Assembly: GCA_046760425.1 (NCBI GenBank)
Contig: JBHIEC010000002.1
Location: forward strand, 1 to 39,691
Direction of reading: 5' to 3'
DNA: 39,691 bases
Source: Anaerolineae bacterium
GTDB taxonomy: Bacteria > Chloroflexota > Anaerolineae > JBHIEC01
The notes beneath the pieces were generated by a model that saw nothing but the letters and a program-made list of their open reading frames with translations, was not told where the DNA came from and did no database searches. Position numbers and translations under genes: made by a program. Below are positions 9,263 through 17,487 of the stretch, piece by piece; the stretch's first letter is position 1; every line of letters begins with the position of its first letter.

Positions 9263-10495
9263 CTATCGGTCGGTCACCAGCTTCGCCACCGCATGCTTCT
9301 CCAGCCTGGCGTAGGATGGCAGGGGGCCGCCGATGAGGGGTCGGGCGTAGCGGATAAAGGCCTGAGTGACGAAATTGCCCGTCGGGTCAATATACTCGTC
9401 GGGGAGGAGCTTCTCGGCCAGGGCCACCTTCTCCAGCTCTACCAGGCCGGTGGTGCAGCGGTAGGGCTCGTCGGACTCTCGCACCAGGGTGACCATGCAG
9501 TCGCTGACCCCCTCCACGGCGTGGCGCACGGCCATCTGCCCCACCAAGTAGGCTTCCTCCAGATCCACGGGCGAGGCGCAGACCATGGACATGCGCTGGA
9601 TGGTGCCCGGCTTGTCGAAGCGGGCTTTCAGCCCCAGCCGGTCCTTGATCACCTGGCACAGGAAGTCAGCCACGCCGCCCCGTTGGGCGTGCCCGAAGGC
9701 GTCCACGTCCACCGCGCGGCGCGACTCCACCAGCGTCTTGCCGTCAGGGCCCTTGGCCCCCTCGCAGACGGCGATGACGACGTAGCCCAGCCGGTCGTAG
9801 ACCCGCTGCACATCGTCCAGAAAGCGGTCAACGATGATGGGCCGCTCGGGGACGTAGATCAGGTGCGGGGCGTCGTCCTCGTCCTCCTTGCCCAGCACGC
9901 TGGCGGCGGTGATCCAGCCCGCGTTACGGCCCATGCACTCGATGATCTTCACCTTGTCCACGATGCCGATGGCCTCGGTGTCCTTGCCGGCGTCGCGGGT
10001 GGCCATGGCGATGAAGCGGGCCACGCTGCCGTAGCCGGGGCAGTGGTCGGTATAGGCCAGGTCGTTGTCAATGGTCTTGGGGATGCCCATACACCGCAGC
10101 TCGTAGCCCGTCTCGTCGGCCAGTTGGCCGATCTTGTGGGCCGTGTCCATGGAGTCGTTGCCGCCGATGTAGAAGAAGTAGCGCACGTTGTGGGCCTGGA
10201 AGACCTCTAGGATGCGCTCGTAGTCCTCGGTCGTCACCCTGTAGCGGCAGGAGCCCAGGGCGGCGGAGGGGGTGCGGCGCAGCCCCTCGATGGTCTCCGG
10301 ACTCTCTCGGCCCAAGTCAACCAGCTCCTCTTTCAGCACCCCTTCGATGCCGTGCAGGGCGCCGTAGACCTCCTCGATCTCCTCGTGGCGCAGGGCCTCC
10401 TGGACGGCCCCCACCAGGCTGGCGTTGATCGCCGCCGTCGGCCCACCGGATTGGCCAATAACCACTTTACCCCTCAATTTTACTGCCATCGTCAA
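9263..10495 (-). CDS. pfp: Phosphofructokinase, PfkA family, with the PPi-dependent signature
   Basis: 410-aa ORF with a GGGAGG RBS. Motifs are GQSGGPTAAINA, IGGNDSM, PKTIDNDL and MGRNAGW. Asp at the E. coli Gly104-equivalent position and Lys at the Gly124-equivalent position are the published PPi-specificity signature. Confidence 0.8.
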   Translation of the reverse strand: MTMAVKLRGKVVIGQSGGPTAAINASLVGAVQEALRHEEIEEVYGALHGIEGVLKEELVDLGRESPETIEGLRRTPSAALGSCRYRVTTEDYERILEVFQAHNVRYFFYIGGNDSMDTAHKIGQLADETGYELRCMGIPKTIDNDLAYTDHCPGYGSVARFIAMATRDAGKDTEAIGIVDKVKIIECMGRNAGWITAASVLGKEDEDDAPHLIYVPERPIIVDRFLDDVQRVYDRLGYVVIAVCEGAKGPDGKTLVESRRAVDVDAFGHAQRGGVADFLCQVIKDRLGLKARFDKPGTIQRMSMVCASPVDLEEAYLVGQMAVRHAVEGVSDCMVTLVRESDEPYRCTTGLVELEKVALAEKLLPDEYIDPTGNFVTQAFIRYARPLIGGPLPSYARLEKHAVAKLVTDR

Positions 10496-10540
10496 CCTCC
10501 CTTGACAGCAGACACCCAGGGAAACAACTTGTCTACCTCA

Positions 10541-11587
10541 TTACCTGACCCACCTTGTCAGCCGATCCATGTCCTGCCCTCGGCTCTCCATTAGGTACAG
10601 CACCGCCTGTTCGGCGGAGAAGCCCTCGTGGACGATGCGGTGGACAGCCATGGCCGTGGCCAGGGGGTCGTCCTGGCCGGGGAAGAGGATATTGCGTCCC
10701 ACCAGGGCTCCCCGCACGTTGGCCCCGGCCCTCATGCCGGCGGCGAACTCCTCCAGGATGCCCGTGGGGTCGCCCCTGGCCTCGCCGCCCAACATCAGGA
10801 TGGGCAACGTCGTGGCCCGGGCCACCCGCTGGTAGCCGGGGCAATAGGGGATCTTGAGCCACATGTTGAGGGACGAGTCGCCCAGGGCCGTGGCTACGCC
10901 GATGACCTTGATCAGGGGCTCGGCCTCCTTGAGGGTCTTGTACTTGCCATCCACCTTTTTCACCGGCAGCGCCTCCAAGAAGACGGGGATGCCCCGCCGA
11001 TTCAGGTCATTGATGGCCTTGACGCAGTACTCGATGGTCCAGCCCGAAGCCGGTTCCCCCTCCTCCAGGCGGAACATGAGCTTGGCCCCGTCCAGGCGCA
11101 GCCGCTCGATGCTCTCGGCGGTAAAGGAGGTGAAGCGATCGTCCATCTCGAAGGTGGTGCCAGAGAGACCTCCGCGGTTCATGCAACCCAGGATGACCTT
11201 GTTGTCCAGGAACCCCGGGCCGCCCCCCTCCTTGACCAGGTAATTGACGATGAACAGGTCCTCGATGAGGTCGGTGGTGCTCATCACCCCGTCGAACTGG
11301 TCGCTGGTGATGACCCGCAGCACCCGCCCCAGGAACTCCAACCGATCCCCCATGGCCACGGGATCGTCTCCCACACCCGTGACGCGGCGGGCAGGGTGGT
11401 CGGCAGCCAGGATGGTCAGCTTGCCGTCCTCGGCCAGGGTCTCCCGTCGGATGCGGCGCTTGGCCTCCTCCAGCACCACGTCGGGGCGGCTAACCCGCAC
11501 CTCGGTGATAGCGTTGAGGATCCGCTCCGGGAAGAACTCTTCGGTTTTGAAGGCGTAGTCGCCGATGGTGTATCTCGTCTCCGCCAT
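10541..11587 (-). CDS. Class I aldolase-like (beta/alpha)8 protein (DeoC/LacD/FbaB-like; Cgl0159-type)
   Basis: 348-aa ORF with an AGGAGG RBS. Segments LAADHPARR, FLEALP, WLKIPY (candidate Schiff-base Lys strand), MLGGE and VGRNILF are present. The family assignment is from memory and unverified. Confidence 0.55.
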   Translation of the reverse strand: MAETRYTIGDYAFKTEEFFPERILNAITEVRVSRPDVVLEEAKRRIRRETLAEDGKLTILAADHPARRVTGVGDDPVAMGDRLEFLGRVLRVITSDQFDGVMSTTDLIEDLFIVNYLVKEGGGPGFLDNKVILGCMNRGGLSGTTFEMDDRFTSFTAESIERLRLDGAKLMFRLEEGEPASGWTIEYCVKAINDLNRRGIPVFLEALPVKKVDGKYKTLKEAEPLIKVIGVATALGDSSLNMWLKIPYCPGYQRVARATTLPILMLGGEARGDPTGILEEFAAGMRAGANVRGALVGRNILFPGQDDPLATAMAVHRIVHEGFSAEQAVLYLMESRGQDMDRLTRWVR

Positions 11588-11605
11588 CGCTAACCTCCTG
11601 ACAGG

Positions 11606-11690
11606 GTAAACAAGTAAACAAGGGAGAGGTAGACAGGGACAAGGGCGAGCCTCCTGCCCTTTTACCTATCTACCTTGTCTACTTGTTTAC
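11606..11690. repeat. 85-bp imperfect palindrome built from degenerate GTAnACAAG 9-mers
   Basis: The left arm GTAAACAAGTAAACAAGG (11606-11623) plus GGTAGACAGG (11628-11637) pairs with CCTATCTACC (11665-11674) plus CCTTGTCTACTTGTTTAC (11673-11690). The inner stem is AAGGGC/GCCCTT (11641-46/11656-61). The structure overlaps the TAA stop of the dehydrogenase gene. Confidence 0.7.
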
Positions 11691-12679
11691 TTGCTACCCC
11701 CTTTCTCGTACACCTCCGGGTTGACGCAGTTGGGGAGTCTCTCGCCCTTGAGTCCGGCGATGAGGTTCTCGGCGGCCATGGTGGCCATTTTGGTGCGGGT
11801 GGTGAAGCTGCCGCTGGCGATGTGGGGAGCGATGATGAGATTGTCCAGCGTCAGCAGGGGGTCATCGGCGGGGATGGGCTCGGGCTCAGTCACGTCCAGG
11901 GCGGCGTAGGCGATCCAGCCCTCCTTCAGGGCCCGGTAGAGGGCCTGGGGATCAATGATGGGCCCCCGGGCGTCGTTGATCAGAATGGCCGTCTTCTTCA
12001 TCAGCTTGAGCTCCCGCTCGCCGATGAGGTGGTAGGTCTCAGGCGACAGGATGGTGTGCAGGGTGACGAAGTCTGACTCCCTCAGGAGGGTGTCCATATC
12101 GGTGTACTCCACGCCCCACGCCTCCTCCAGATCCTGGCGACGGACGATGTCGTAGTAGAGGATTCGCATCTCGAAGCCTTTGGCCCGTCGGGCCACGGCC
12201 TGCCCGATGCGGCCGAAGCCGATGATGCCCAGGGTGGCGTGGTGGACGTCCTGGCCCAGGAGCAGCGTCGGCCCCCACGTCTTCCACTTTCCCGCCCGCA
12301 CGAAGTGGTCGGCCTCAACGATGCGCCGTGCCGCAGCCATCAGCAGGGCGAAGGCGAAGTCGGCCGTGGTGTCGGTGAGCACGCCCGGGGTGTTGCCCAC
12401 CGGAATGCCCCGCCTGGTGCACTCGGCGACGTCAATGTTGTCAAAGCCCACAGCGTACTGGCTGACGACCTTGAGATTGGGCGCGGCGTCCAGCAACTCG
12501 GCGTCCACCTTGTCTGTCAGGAGGCTGAGAAGCCCGTCAATCTCTCTCACCTCCTCCAGGAGCACCTCCCGAGGCGGGGGCAGCTCTCCTTCCCATACCC
12601 TGGCCTGGCAGAACTCCCTGACCATGTCCAGCCCCTTTTCGGGGATGAGACGGGTGACGTAAACTTTAGGCTTGGCCAT
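11687..12679 (-). CDS. D-isomer-specific 2-hydroxyacid dehydrogenase (glyoxylate/hydroxypyruvate reductase-like)
   Basis: Trimmed to ATG 12679, which has GGAGGTG 8 nt upstream. The 12694 start in the track is a TTG inside that RBS. Motifs are GIIGFGRIGQAVARR (NAD loop), NDARGPIID and APHIASGS. Confidence 0.9.
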   Translation of the reverse strand: MAKPKVYVTRLIPEKGLDMVREFCQARVWEGELPPPREVLLEEVREIDGLLSLLTDKVDAELLDAAPNLKVVSQYAVGFDNIDVAECTRRGIPVGNTPGVLTDTTADFAFALLMAAARRIVEADHFVRAGKWKTWGPTLLLGQDVHHATLGIIGFGRIGQAVARRAKGFEMRILYYDIVRRQDLEEAWGVEYTDMDTLLRESDFVTLHTILSPETYHLIGERELKLMKKTAILINDARGPIIDPQALYRALKEGWIAYAALDVTEPEPIPADDPLLTLDNLIIAPHIASGSFTTRTKMATMAAENLIAGLKGERLPNCVNPEVYEKGGSK

Positions 12680-12711
12680 CTTTTTCACCTCCAAATTGTG
12701 AGTTGCAATCT

Positions 12712-13650
12712 CTACACTCTTGCCCAGGCCTGTTTCCAGACCCGCTTAGCGCCGGCAATAACCAATTCCGATGATTCACCGGCCCAGGGCTTGACCTCGA
12801 AGCCGACCCAGGGGCGCTCCTCTGGGCGGGCAGAGCCACCCGCCCCCACATCCTTCAGGTAGCCGATCTTGAACAAAGCACGGATGAACTCCGCGAGTTG
12901 CTCCACGTCGTTCTCGCCACCGGGGAAGCCAAAGCGGGGGTGCAGGTCCCCGTAGCCTTCCGCTCCAGGGGTCTTGACGCAATTCCCCACATGCACATGC
13001 ACCAGGTAATCTTTGATCAGCCCCAACGCCTGCTCGGGCTCCTCGTTCAGGAGGGGCATGTGGCTGAGGTCGTACATCAGACCGAACTCAGGATACTCCT
13101 GGCGGATGACGGCGGCCAACCGAGCGGCGTCATCGGAGGGACCGATGAGAGCTTTCTTGTCCACCTGACGGTCGAAGGTCTCCAGGGTCAGTCCCTCCAG
13201 GCCGGCCTGGCGGGCGTAGGCGCACATCTCCCGCACCGACTCGACCAGCAGGTCGAAGGTTCGCTGACGGTGGGCGTCGCCGGGGTCGGGCCCGCTGAGG
13301 AAGGCCATGCGCCTGGCCCCCACCTCCACCGCCTCGTCCATGCAAGCCTTCATCTGGGCCATGGCCGCCCGGCGCTCCTTCTCCACCAGGCTGTTGAGGT
13401 TCAGCTTCTGGAGCAAGAGGGCTGACTGGCCGCCATACCCCACCTGCAGGTGGCTCTGCTCCAGAACAGAGCGCACCTGAGCTCGTACGGCGTCGTCCTT
13501 GATCCAGCCGATCTCGATGGCACCGAAGAAATCGTCCTCGGCGATCCGGGTCACCGTCTCCACGATGGGTCCCTCCCCGCCGATGGTCTCGGGGAAGGCC
13601 ATGAAGTGGACGATGCTGAGAGTCAAGTAATTATCCCAGTGAGTTTGCAT
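12712..13650 (-). CDS. Sugar phosphate isomerase/epimerase (xylose isomerase-like TIM barrel)
   Basis: 312-aa ORF with an AGGAGGTG RBS. LTLETFDR, YDLSHMPL and HVHVGN segments fit the AP-endonuclease-2/xylose-isomerase-like barrel. Confidence 0.8.
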   Translation of the reverse strand: MQTHWDNYLTLSIVHFMAFPETIGGEGPIVETVTRIAEDDFFGAIEIGWIKDDAVRAQVRSVLEQSHLQVGYGGQSALLLQKLNLNSLVEKERRAAMAQMKACMDEAVEVGARRMAFLSGPDPGDAHRQRTFDLLVESVREMCAYARQAGLEGLTLETFDRQVDKKALIGPSDDAARLAAVIRQEYPEFGLMYDLSHMPLLNEEPEQALGLIKDYLVHVHVGNCVKTPGAEGYGDLHPRFGFPGGENDVEQLAEFIRALFKIGYLKDVGAGGSARPEERPWVGFEVKPWAGESSELVIAGAKRVWKQAWARV

Positions 13651-13694
13651 TCATCACCTCCTAGACGTGGGCGAGGCGGGGAGATTGTACCAGT

Positions 13695-14516
13695 CTACCT
13701 TTCTACCAACCTACCCACCCCCCGCAAATGGGCGATGGTTTCCCTGGCCGCCGTCCCCGGATCTGGCTGCGGGAGGATCTCCGCCGATAGCCAGCCGTCG
13801 TAGCCCATCCCCCGCAGGGTGGTGACAAGGGAGACGAAATCAATGTGGCCTGCGCCAGGGTACCAGCGGTTAGAGTCGGCCACGTGGACGTGGAAGAGCC
13901 GATCGCCCACCGCCCGCAGGCTGCCTTCGATAGAAGGCTCCTCGATATTAGCATGAAATGTGTCAAAAAGCAAGCCCAAGTTGTCGGCCCCGATCCCCTC
14001 GATCAGCGCCAACCCCTGGGCCACAGTATTGACCAGGTCCGTCTCGTAACGGTTGATGGGCTCCAGGGCCAGTCGCACACCCCGCGGGGCGGCAACGGCG
14101 GCGCACTGGCCCAGGGCCTCGGTCAGCCAAGCCATGGCTTGCTCCTGCTCCACCCCCGCCTGCACCCGGCCACGGATCAGTCCCAGGATGACCAGGGCAT
14201 GAAAGTGGCAGGCGAACTCGATCTGGGCCTTGATCCGCTCCAGAGCCCGCTGGCGCACGGTCGGGTCGGGGTCGGTGAAGGAGAGCCCCTCCTCGCCGTA
14301 GGCCTGGCCCGTCCCGATGGCCGGGACCTCCAGCCCGTGCTCGGCCAGGGTGGCGTGAACCTGCTCCCCATCTACCAGGGCAGGGTCCCGCACCGCCAGC
14401 TCGACGCCGTCATAACCCAGCGCGGCGATGCGGGCCACGTTGGCCTCGAAGTCCTCCCGGAAGGCCACAGCGTCGAACTGCGCCGCATGGGTGGAGAGAA
14501 CGATGCTGAATTTCAT
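13695..14516 (-). CDS. Sugar phosphate isomerase/epimerase (xylose isomerase-like TIM barrel)
   Basis: 273-aa ORF with GYDGVELAVRD, LALEPINRYET, FHANIEE and HVHVADSNR. Confidence 0.85.
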   Translation of the reverse strand: MKFSIVLSTHAAQFDAVAFREDFEANVARIAALGYDGVELAVRDPALVDGEQVHATLAEHGLEVPAIGTGQAYGEEGLSFTDPDPTVRQRALERIKAQIEFACHFHALVILGLIRGRVQAGVEQEQAMAWLTEALGQCAAVAAPRGVRLALEPINRYETDLVNTVAQGLALIEGIGADNLGLLFDTFHANIEEPSIEGSLRAVGDRLFHVHVADSNRWYPGAGHIDFVSLVTTLRGMGYDGWLSAEILPQPDPGTAARETIAHLRGVGRLVER

Positions 14517-14540
14517 GGGGTGTTCCTCTGTTACTCATCC

Positions 14541-15656
14541 CTACAGCTCCGTCCCCTGCCCGATGCGTGGCAACGCGTACACCGGCCTCCAGCCCGGGCT
14601 CAGGGGCTCGCGCAGGAAAGGCTCCATCTCCTCGGCTGTGCGCAAGGTGGTCATCTCCACCGGCGGCACCTTGCCCGGCGGGAAAGCCTCCAGGATCTCA
14701 TCGTTGACCAGGGTGAGGTAGCGGAGGATGGCCGCCAGGGGCCGCTTGGCCTTCTCCGCAGAGGCGCGAGTGGCCTTGCCCACCACCCCCTCCGGCGTGG
14801 CTGCGATCTCGATGGCAAAGTGGCCTTCCCCTTCCGACCAGCGGCTGGGCCGGCCAAAGGGGTCAACCGACTTGTCGAAGTGGCCCTCTGGCAGGTAGGA
14901 GAGGCCCTCGGTATCCACGGCGTACTCCATGTGGACCATCTCCGGGAAGAGGAGCAGCCCCAGCGAGGTCTCTGACTCGTCGGCGTGGACGAAGTTGGTC
15001 TCCCACTGACCGCCCTGGTCTCGCGTGCGGAAGAACTCCCGGACGGCGCGGTGCCAGTCAATGACGCGGAAGATGCCCGGGAGCTGGTAGCGCTTCTGGA
15101 ACTGCTGGATTGCCGACTCCAGCACCCACAACTGCCCGTGGTTGTTGACGATGATCTGCTTGCGGAAGCCGTCGTTCCACAGGCCGAGCATCACATCAAT
15201 CATCAACTCCCGCACCACGTTCTCCCGGATGACGACGGTGCCGGGCATGCCCAGGTGGTGGTAGGGGTGAGCGCCGTACATCAGCGGGGGCAGGGCCAGG
15301 TTCACCGGCGCGCCCCGCTTGGCCGTGTAGCGGCGCACACCCTCGATGATGGCGCTGACGAAGAGCGTGTCCATGGCGCTGATGGTGTGCTGGCCATGCA
15401 TCTCGGTGCAGCCAACCGGGATGAACACGATGTCGTTCCTGCGGCGGTTCTCCTCCACCTCATGGCGGACCGTCGTCTGGATGTAGGAGCCCGGTTTGGC
15501 CCACTCAATGGGGGAGGGGATGCCGTATTCCTCAAGGATAGCCTCGATCTCCTCATCGCTGGCCTCCCAGAGCTCTTTCTTCATACGCCCTACGGCCGTG
15601 TTCTCGAACACGAGGCCGGGTAGATCTGTTGTGAAGTACTTGATTTCCTCCGACAC
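14541..15656 (-). CDS. Creatininase-family amidohydrolase-like protein, extended form (371 aa)
   Basis: GTG start with GGAGGATAATC upstream. The core IVFIPVGCTEMHGQHT...D matches the creatininase-fold metal site (PVGSxEQHGxH). About 55 aa at the N-terminus and about 90 aa at the C-terminus extend beyond the typical 250-aa core. Confidence 0.75.
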   Translation of the reverse strand: MSEEIKYFTTDLPGLVFENTAVGRMKKELWEASDEEIEAILEEYGIPSPIEWAKPGSYIQTTVRHEVEENRRRNDIVFIPVGCTEMHGQHTISAMDTLFVSAIIEGVRRYTAKRGAPVNLALPPLMYGAHPYHHLGMPGTVVIRENVVRELMIDVMLGLWNDGFRKQIIVNNHGQLWVLESAIQQFQKRYQLPGIFRVIDWHRAVREFFRTRDQGGQWETNFVHADESETSLGLLLFPEMVHMEYAVDTEGLSYLPEGHFDKSVDPFGRPSRWSEGEGHFAIEIAATPEGVVGKATRASAEKAKRPLAAILRYLTLVNDEILEAFPPGKVPPVEMTTLRTAEEMEPFLREPLSPGWRPVYALPRIGQGTEL

Positions 15657-15674
15657 GATTATCCTCCGTTCTAG

Positions 15675-15713
15675 GTAACCCTTGCGAAAGTTTTCAACCT
15701 TCGCAAGGGTTAC
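15675..15713. terminator. Perfect 14-bp hairpin between the ParB-like gene and the creatininase-family gene
   Basis: GTAACCCTTGCGAA (15675-15688), an 11-nt loop, then TTCGCAAGGGTTAC (15700-15713). No clear U tract on the minus-strand RNA, so this is a terminator, a processing site or a protein site. Confidence 0.45.
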
Positions 15714-15718
15714 GGTGT

Positions 15719-16708
15719 CTACTTCCCGCCGCCATCCTCCTTCTGCTCCATCGCCTCCAGCTTGTCCAGCAACTGTTCCACCACTGGTGAGGGCTCCCCC
15801 GGCTCCACAACCTCCTTGATGGCCCGCTTCACAGCCTTTGCCACCCTCTTAACGGGCTTCTCTGTGAATTGCTCGGCGAAGTCTGTGGCAGCGATCTGGG
15901 CATCCACGGCCGGGCCATACTGCTCCCTCAGGTAGTGCAGGTGATCCATGATCCACACATAGAGATCGGCCTCGGTGCGCCCAGGGAACTCCTTGAGGAC
16001 ACCCTGTTCGCGGATGGCCTGCACCACCGGCAGATACAGGTTGTCATACCAACTGGCCACCGCCTCTTCGTAGGGGATCTCCCGCTCCTGCTCCAGGCCC
16101 AGGTAGTAGCGGTGTACAGCGATGTGCTCCTCCAGGGCTCGGTAGCGGCCCGGCGTAGTAAACTCGATCTGCTGTTCAGGCCGGATGGTATCGAGGTGAG
16201 TGTGGTTCAGGAACTCTACGTACTCCTGCTTGATGAGCAGATCGTCCAGGTCGTCTTCTGGTCTCAGGGGAACCTTGGTCAGGTACTCCCACACGTGGGC
16301 CTCAATGGTCTGGGCCTTCTGCTGCCGGGCCACCGAGACGCGATGGTTGCCGTCTTTGACGAAGTAGACCTCCCCCACCTTGTAGACCTCGATGGGCGGC
16401 AGCCCGCCCGCATGGACCAGTTGGTCTACCCGCTGCCATCGAGGGCCCAACTCATCGTAGCGCGGGAAGAAGGCCCGGGTGAAGTCGCGATAGCGGCCCA
16501 CACTGCCCACGATCTTATCCAGGGGGATCTGTTGCAGCCCCCGATAGGTCTGACTGCGCAGGTGGAGTTTGGTGCGGACCTCCTCGAAGGGCAGCAGATC
16601 AGCCGGGCGGTCCCTGATCTGGGCCAGCACGTCCTGGATGAAGGCCGCGCGGCGGGCGCGCTGGAAGTCGTGTGTGGCCTGAAGCTTGTAATACTCCTTG
16701 TCGCTCAT
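15719..16708 (-). CDS. ParB/Srx-like nuclease-domain protein with an uncharacterised C-terminal domain
   Basis: 329-aa ORF. IEVYKVGEVYFVKDGNHRVSVARQQ is a ParB N-terminal/sulfiredoxin-fold DGxHR motif. The C-terminal half resembles the DUF4032-type region that I recall following ParBc domains (unverified). Its ATG overlaps the stop of the upstream gene (ATGA at 16705-16708). Confidence 0.65.
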   Translation of the reverse strand: MSDKEYYKLQATHDFQRARRAAFIQDVLAQIRDRPADLLPFEEVRTKLHLRSQTYRGLQQIPLDKIVGSVGRYRDFTRAFFPRYDELGPRWQRVDQLVHAGGLPPIEVYKVGEVYFVKDGNHRVSVARQQKAQTIEAHVWEYLTKVPLRPEDDLDDLLIKQEYVEFLNHTHLDTIRPEQQIEFTTPGRYRALEEHIAVHRYYLGLEQEREIPYEEAVASWYDNLYLPVVQAIREQGVLKEFPGRTEADLYVWIMDHLHYLREQYGPAVDAQIAATDFAEQFTEKPVKRVAKAVKRAIKEVVEPGEPSPVVEQLLDKLEAMEQKEDGGGK

Positions 16709-17331
16709 ATCTCCAGCACCTGATGCCCGTAGGCGTTCACCACCGTGGTCTCCCCGTAGCGGGTCATCCTGCTCTCCTGACCATGATAGATGTGACTATG
16801 GCCGTGGATCAGGTAGCGAGGCTTGTAGCGATCCATGAAGGTCAGGAAGGCCCTGAAGCCGGTGTGACACAAGTCCTCTCGGTCATGGATCCCCCGGGGC
16901 GGGGCGTGGGTGATCAGGATATCCAGGTATCGGCCCTGCTGCAGGCGGTTGAGCCACAGCCGGGGTGTCATGCGCCATACCTTAGCCCGCATCTGGCTTT
17001 CGGTGTACTGGAATTGGCCGTGGGGCTGATAGCGCATCGAGCCCTCCAGGCCGCCGATGAGCAGGCCGTGGACCTCCACGATTTTGCTATCCACGTCCAA
17101 GCAGCCCAGGGGAGCGGTTCTGGCCTGGCCATAGCTGGTGTACTCGATCAGTGGGCTGTGATTGCCCTTTACATAGCACAAGGGCACGTTGAGGAGGCTG
17201 ACGATGTACTCCAGATAATAGAAGGGCAGATCGCCACAGCTCAGGATCAACTCAACGTCGCCGAATCGGTCCTTCAGGTTAAGGCTGTAGATACTCTCCT
17301 CTACCCTGTCGCTAACGGCCAGGATCTTCAT
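16705..17331 (-). CDS. Metallophosphoesterase (calcineurin-like)
   Basis: ORF trimmed to ATG 17331 (MKILAVSD). Motifs are SCGDL, VKGNH, ITHAPP and IHGHSH. Confidence 0.8.
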   Translation of the reverse strand: MKILAVSDRVEESIYSLNLKDRFGDVELILSCGDLPFYYLEYIVSLLNVPLCYVKGNHSPLIEYTSYGQARTAPLGCLDVDSKIVEVHGLLIGGLEGSMRYQPHGQFQYTESQMRAKVWRMTPRLWLNRLQQGRYLDILITHAPPRGIHDREDLCHTGFRAFLTFMDRYKPRYLIHGHSHIYHGQESRMTRYGETTVVNAYGHQVLEI

Positions 17332-17436
17332 GGCACCCTTACCAAGAAAAGGGGGGCATACCCTACCATGTGTTGTCGCCACGCCCCCCTGCTGTCACCA
17401 CTTTAGCTCCCCTAAAGGGGTATGTCATGGTTTTGT

Positions 17437-17463
17437 GTGCATATCGTGCATATCAATCATATC
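17437..17463. repeat. Three tandem 9-mers (GTGCATATC, GTGCATATC, AATCATATC)
   Basis: Read directly from the sequence. The repeats lie in the 156-nt spacer between the GDPD-fusion stop (17488) and the metallophosphoesterase start (17331). Confidence 0.8.
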
Positions 17464-17487
17464 ACATTCGCCTTTTCGCTGGCTCCC

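Noticed and set aside
8801-10210. Very long plus-strand ORFs antisense to recognised genes. Examples are 8801..10210 (469 aa), 37280..38734 (484 aa), 13845..14975 (376 aa), 34267..35391 (374 aa), 19313..20302 (329 aa) and 10628..11593 (321 aa).
   Set aside because: These are shadow ORFs typical of high-GC DNA. Their translations are R/G/P/H/L-rich with no family resemblance and no RBS. Each lies opposite a minus-strand gene with clear conserved motifs.
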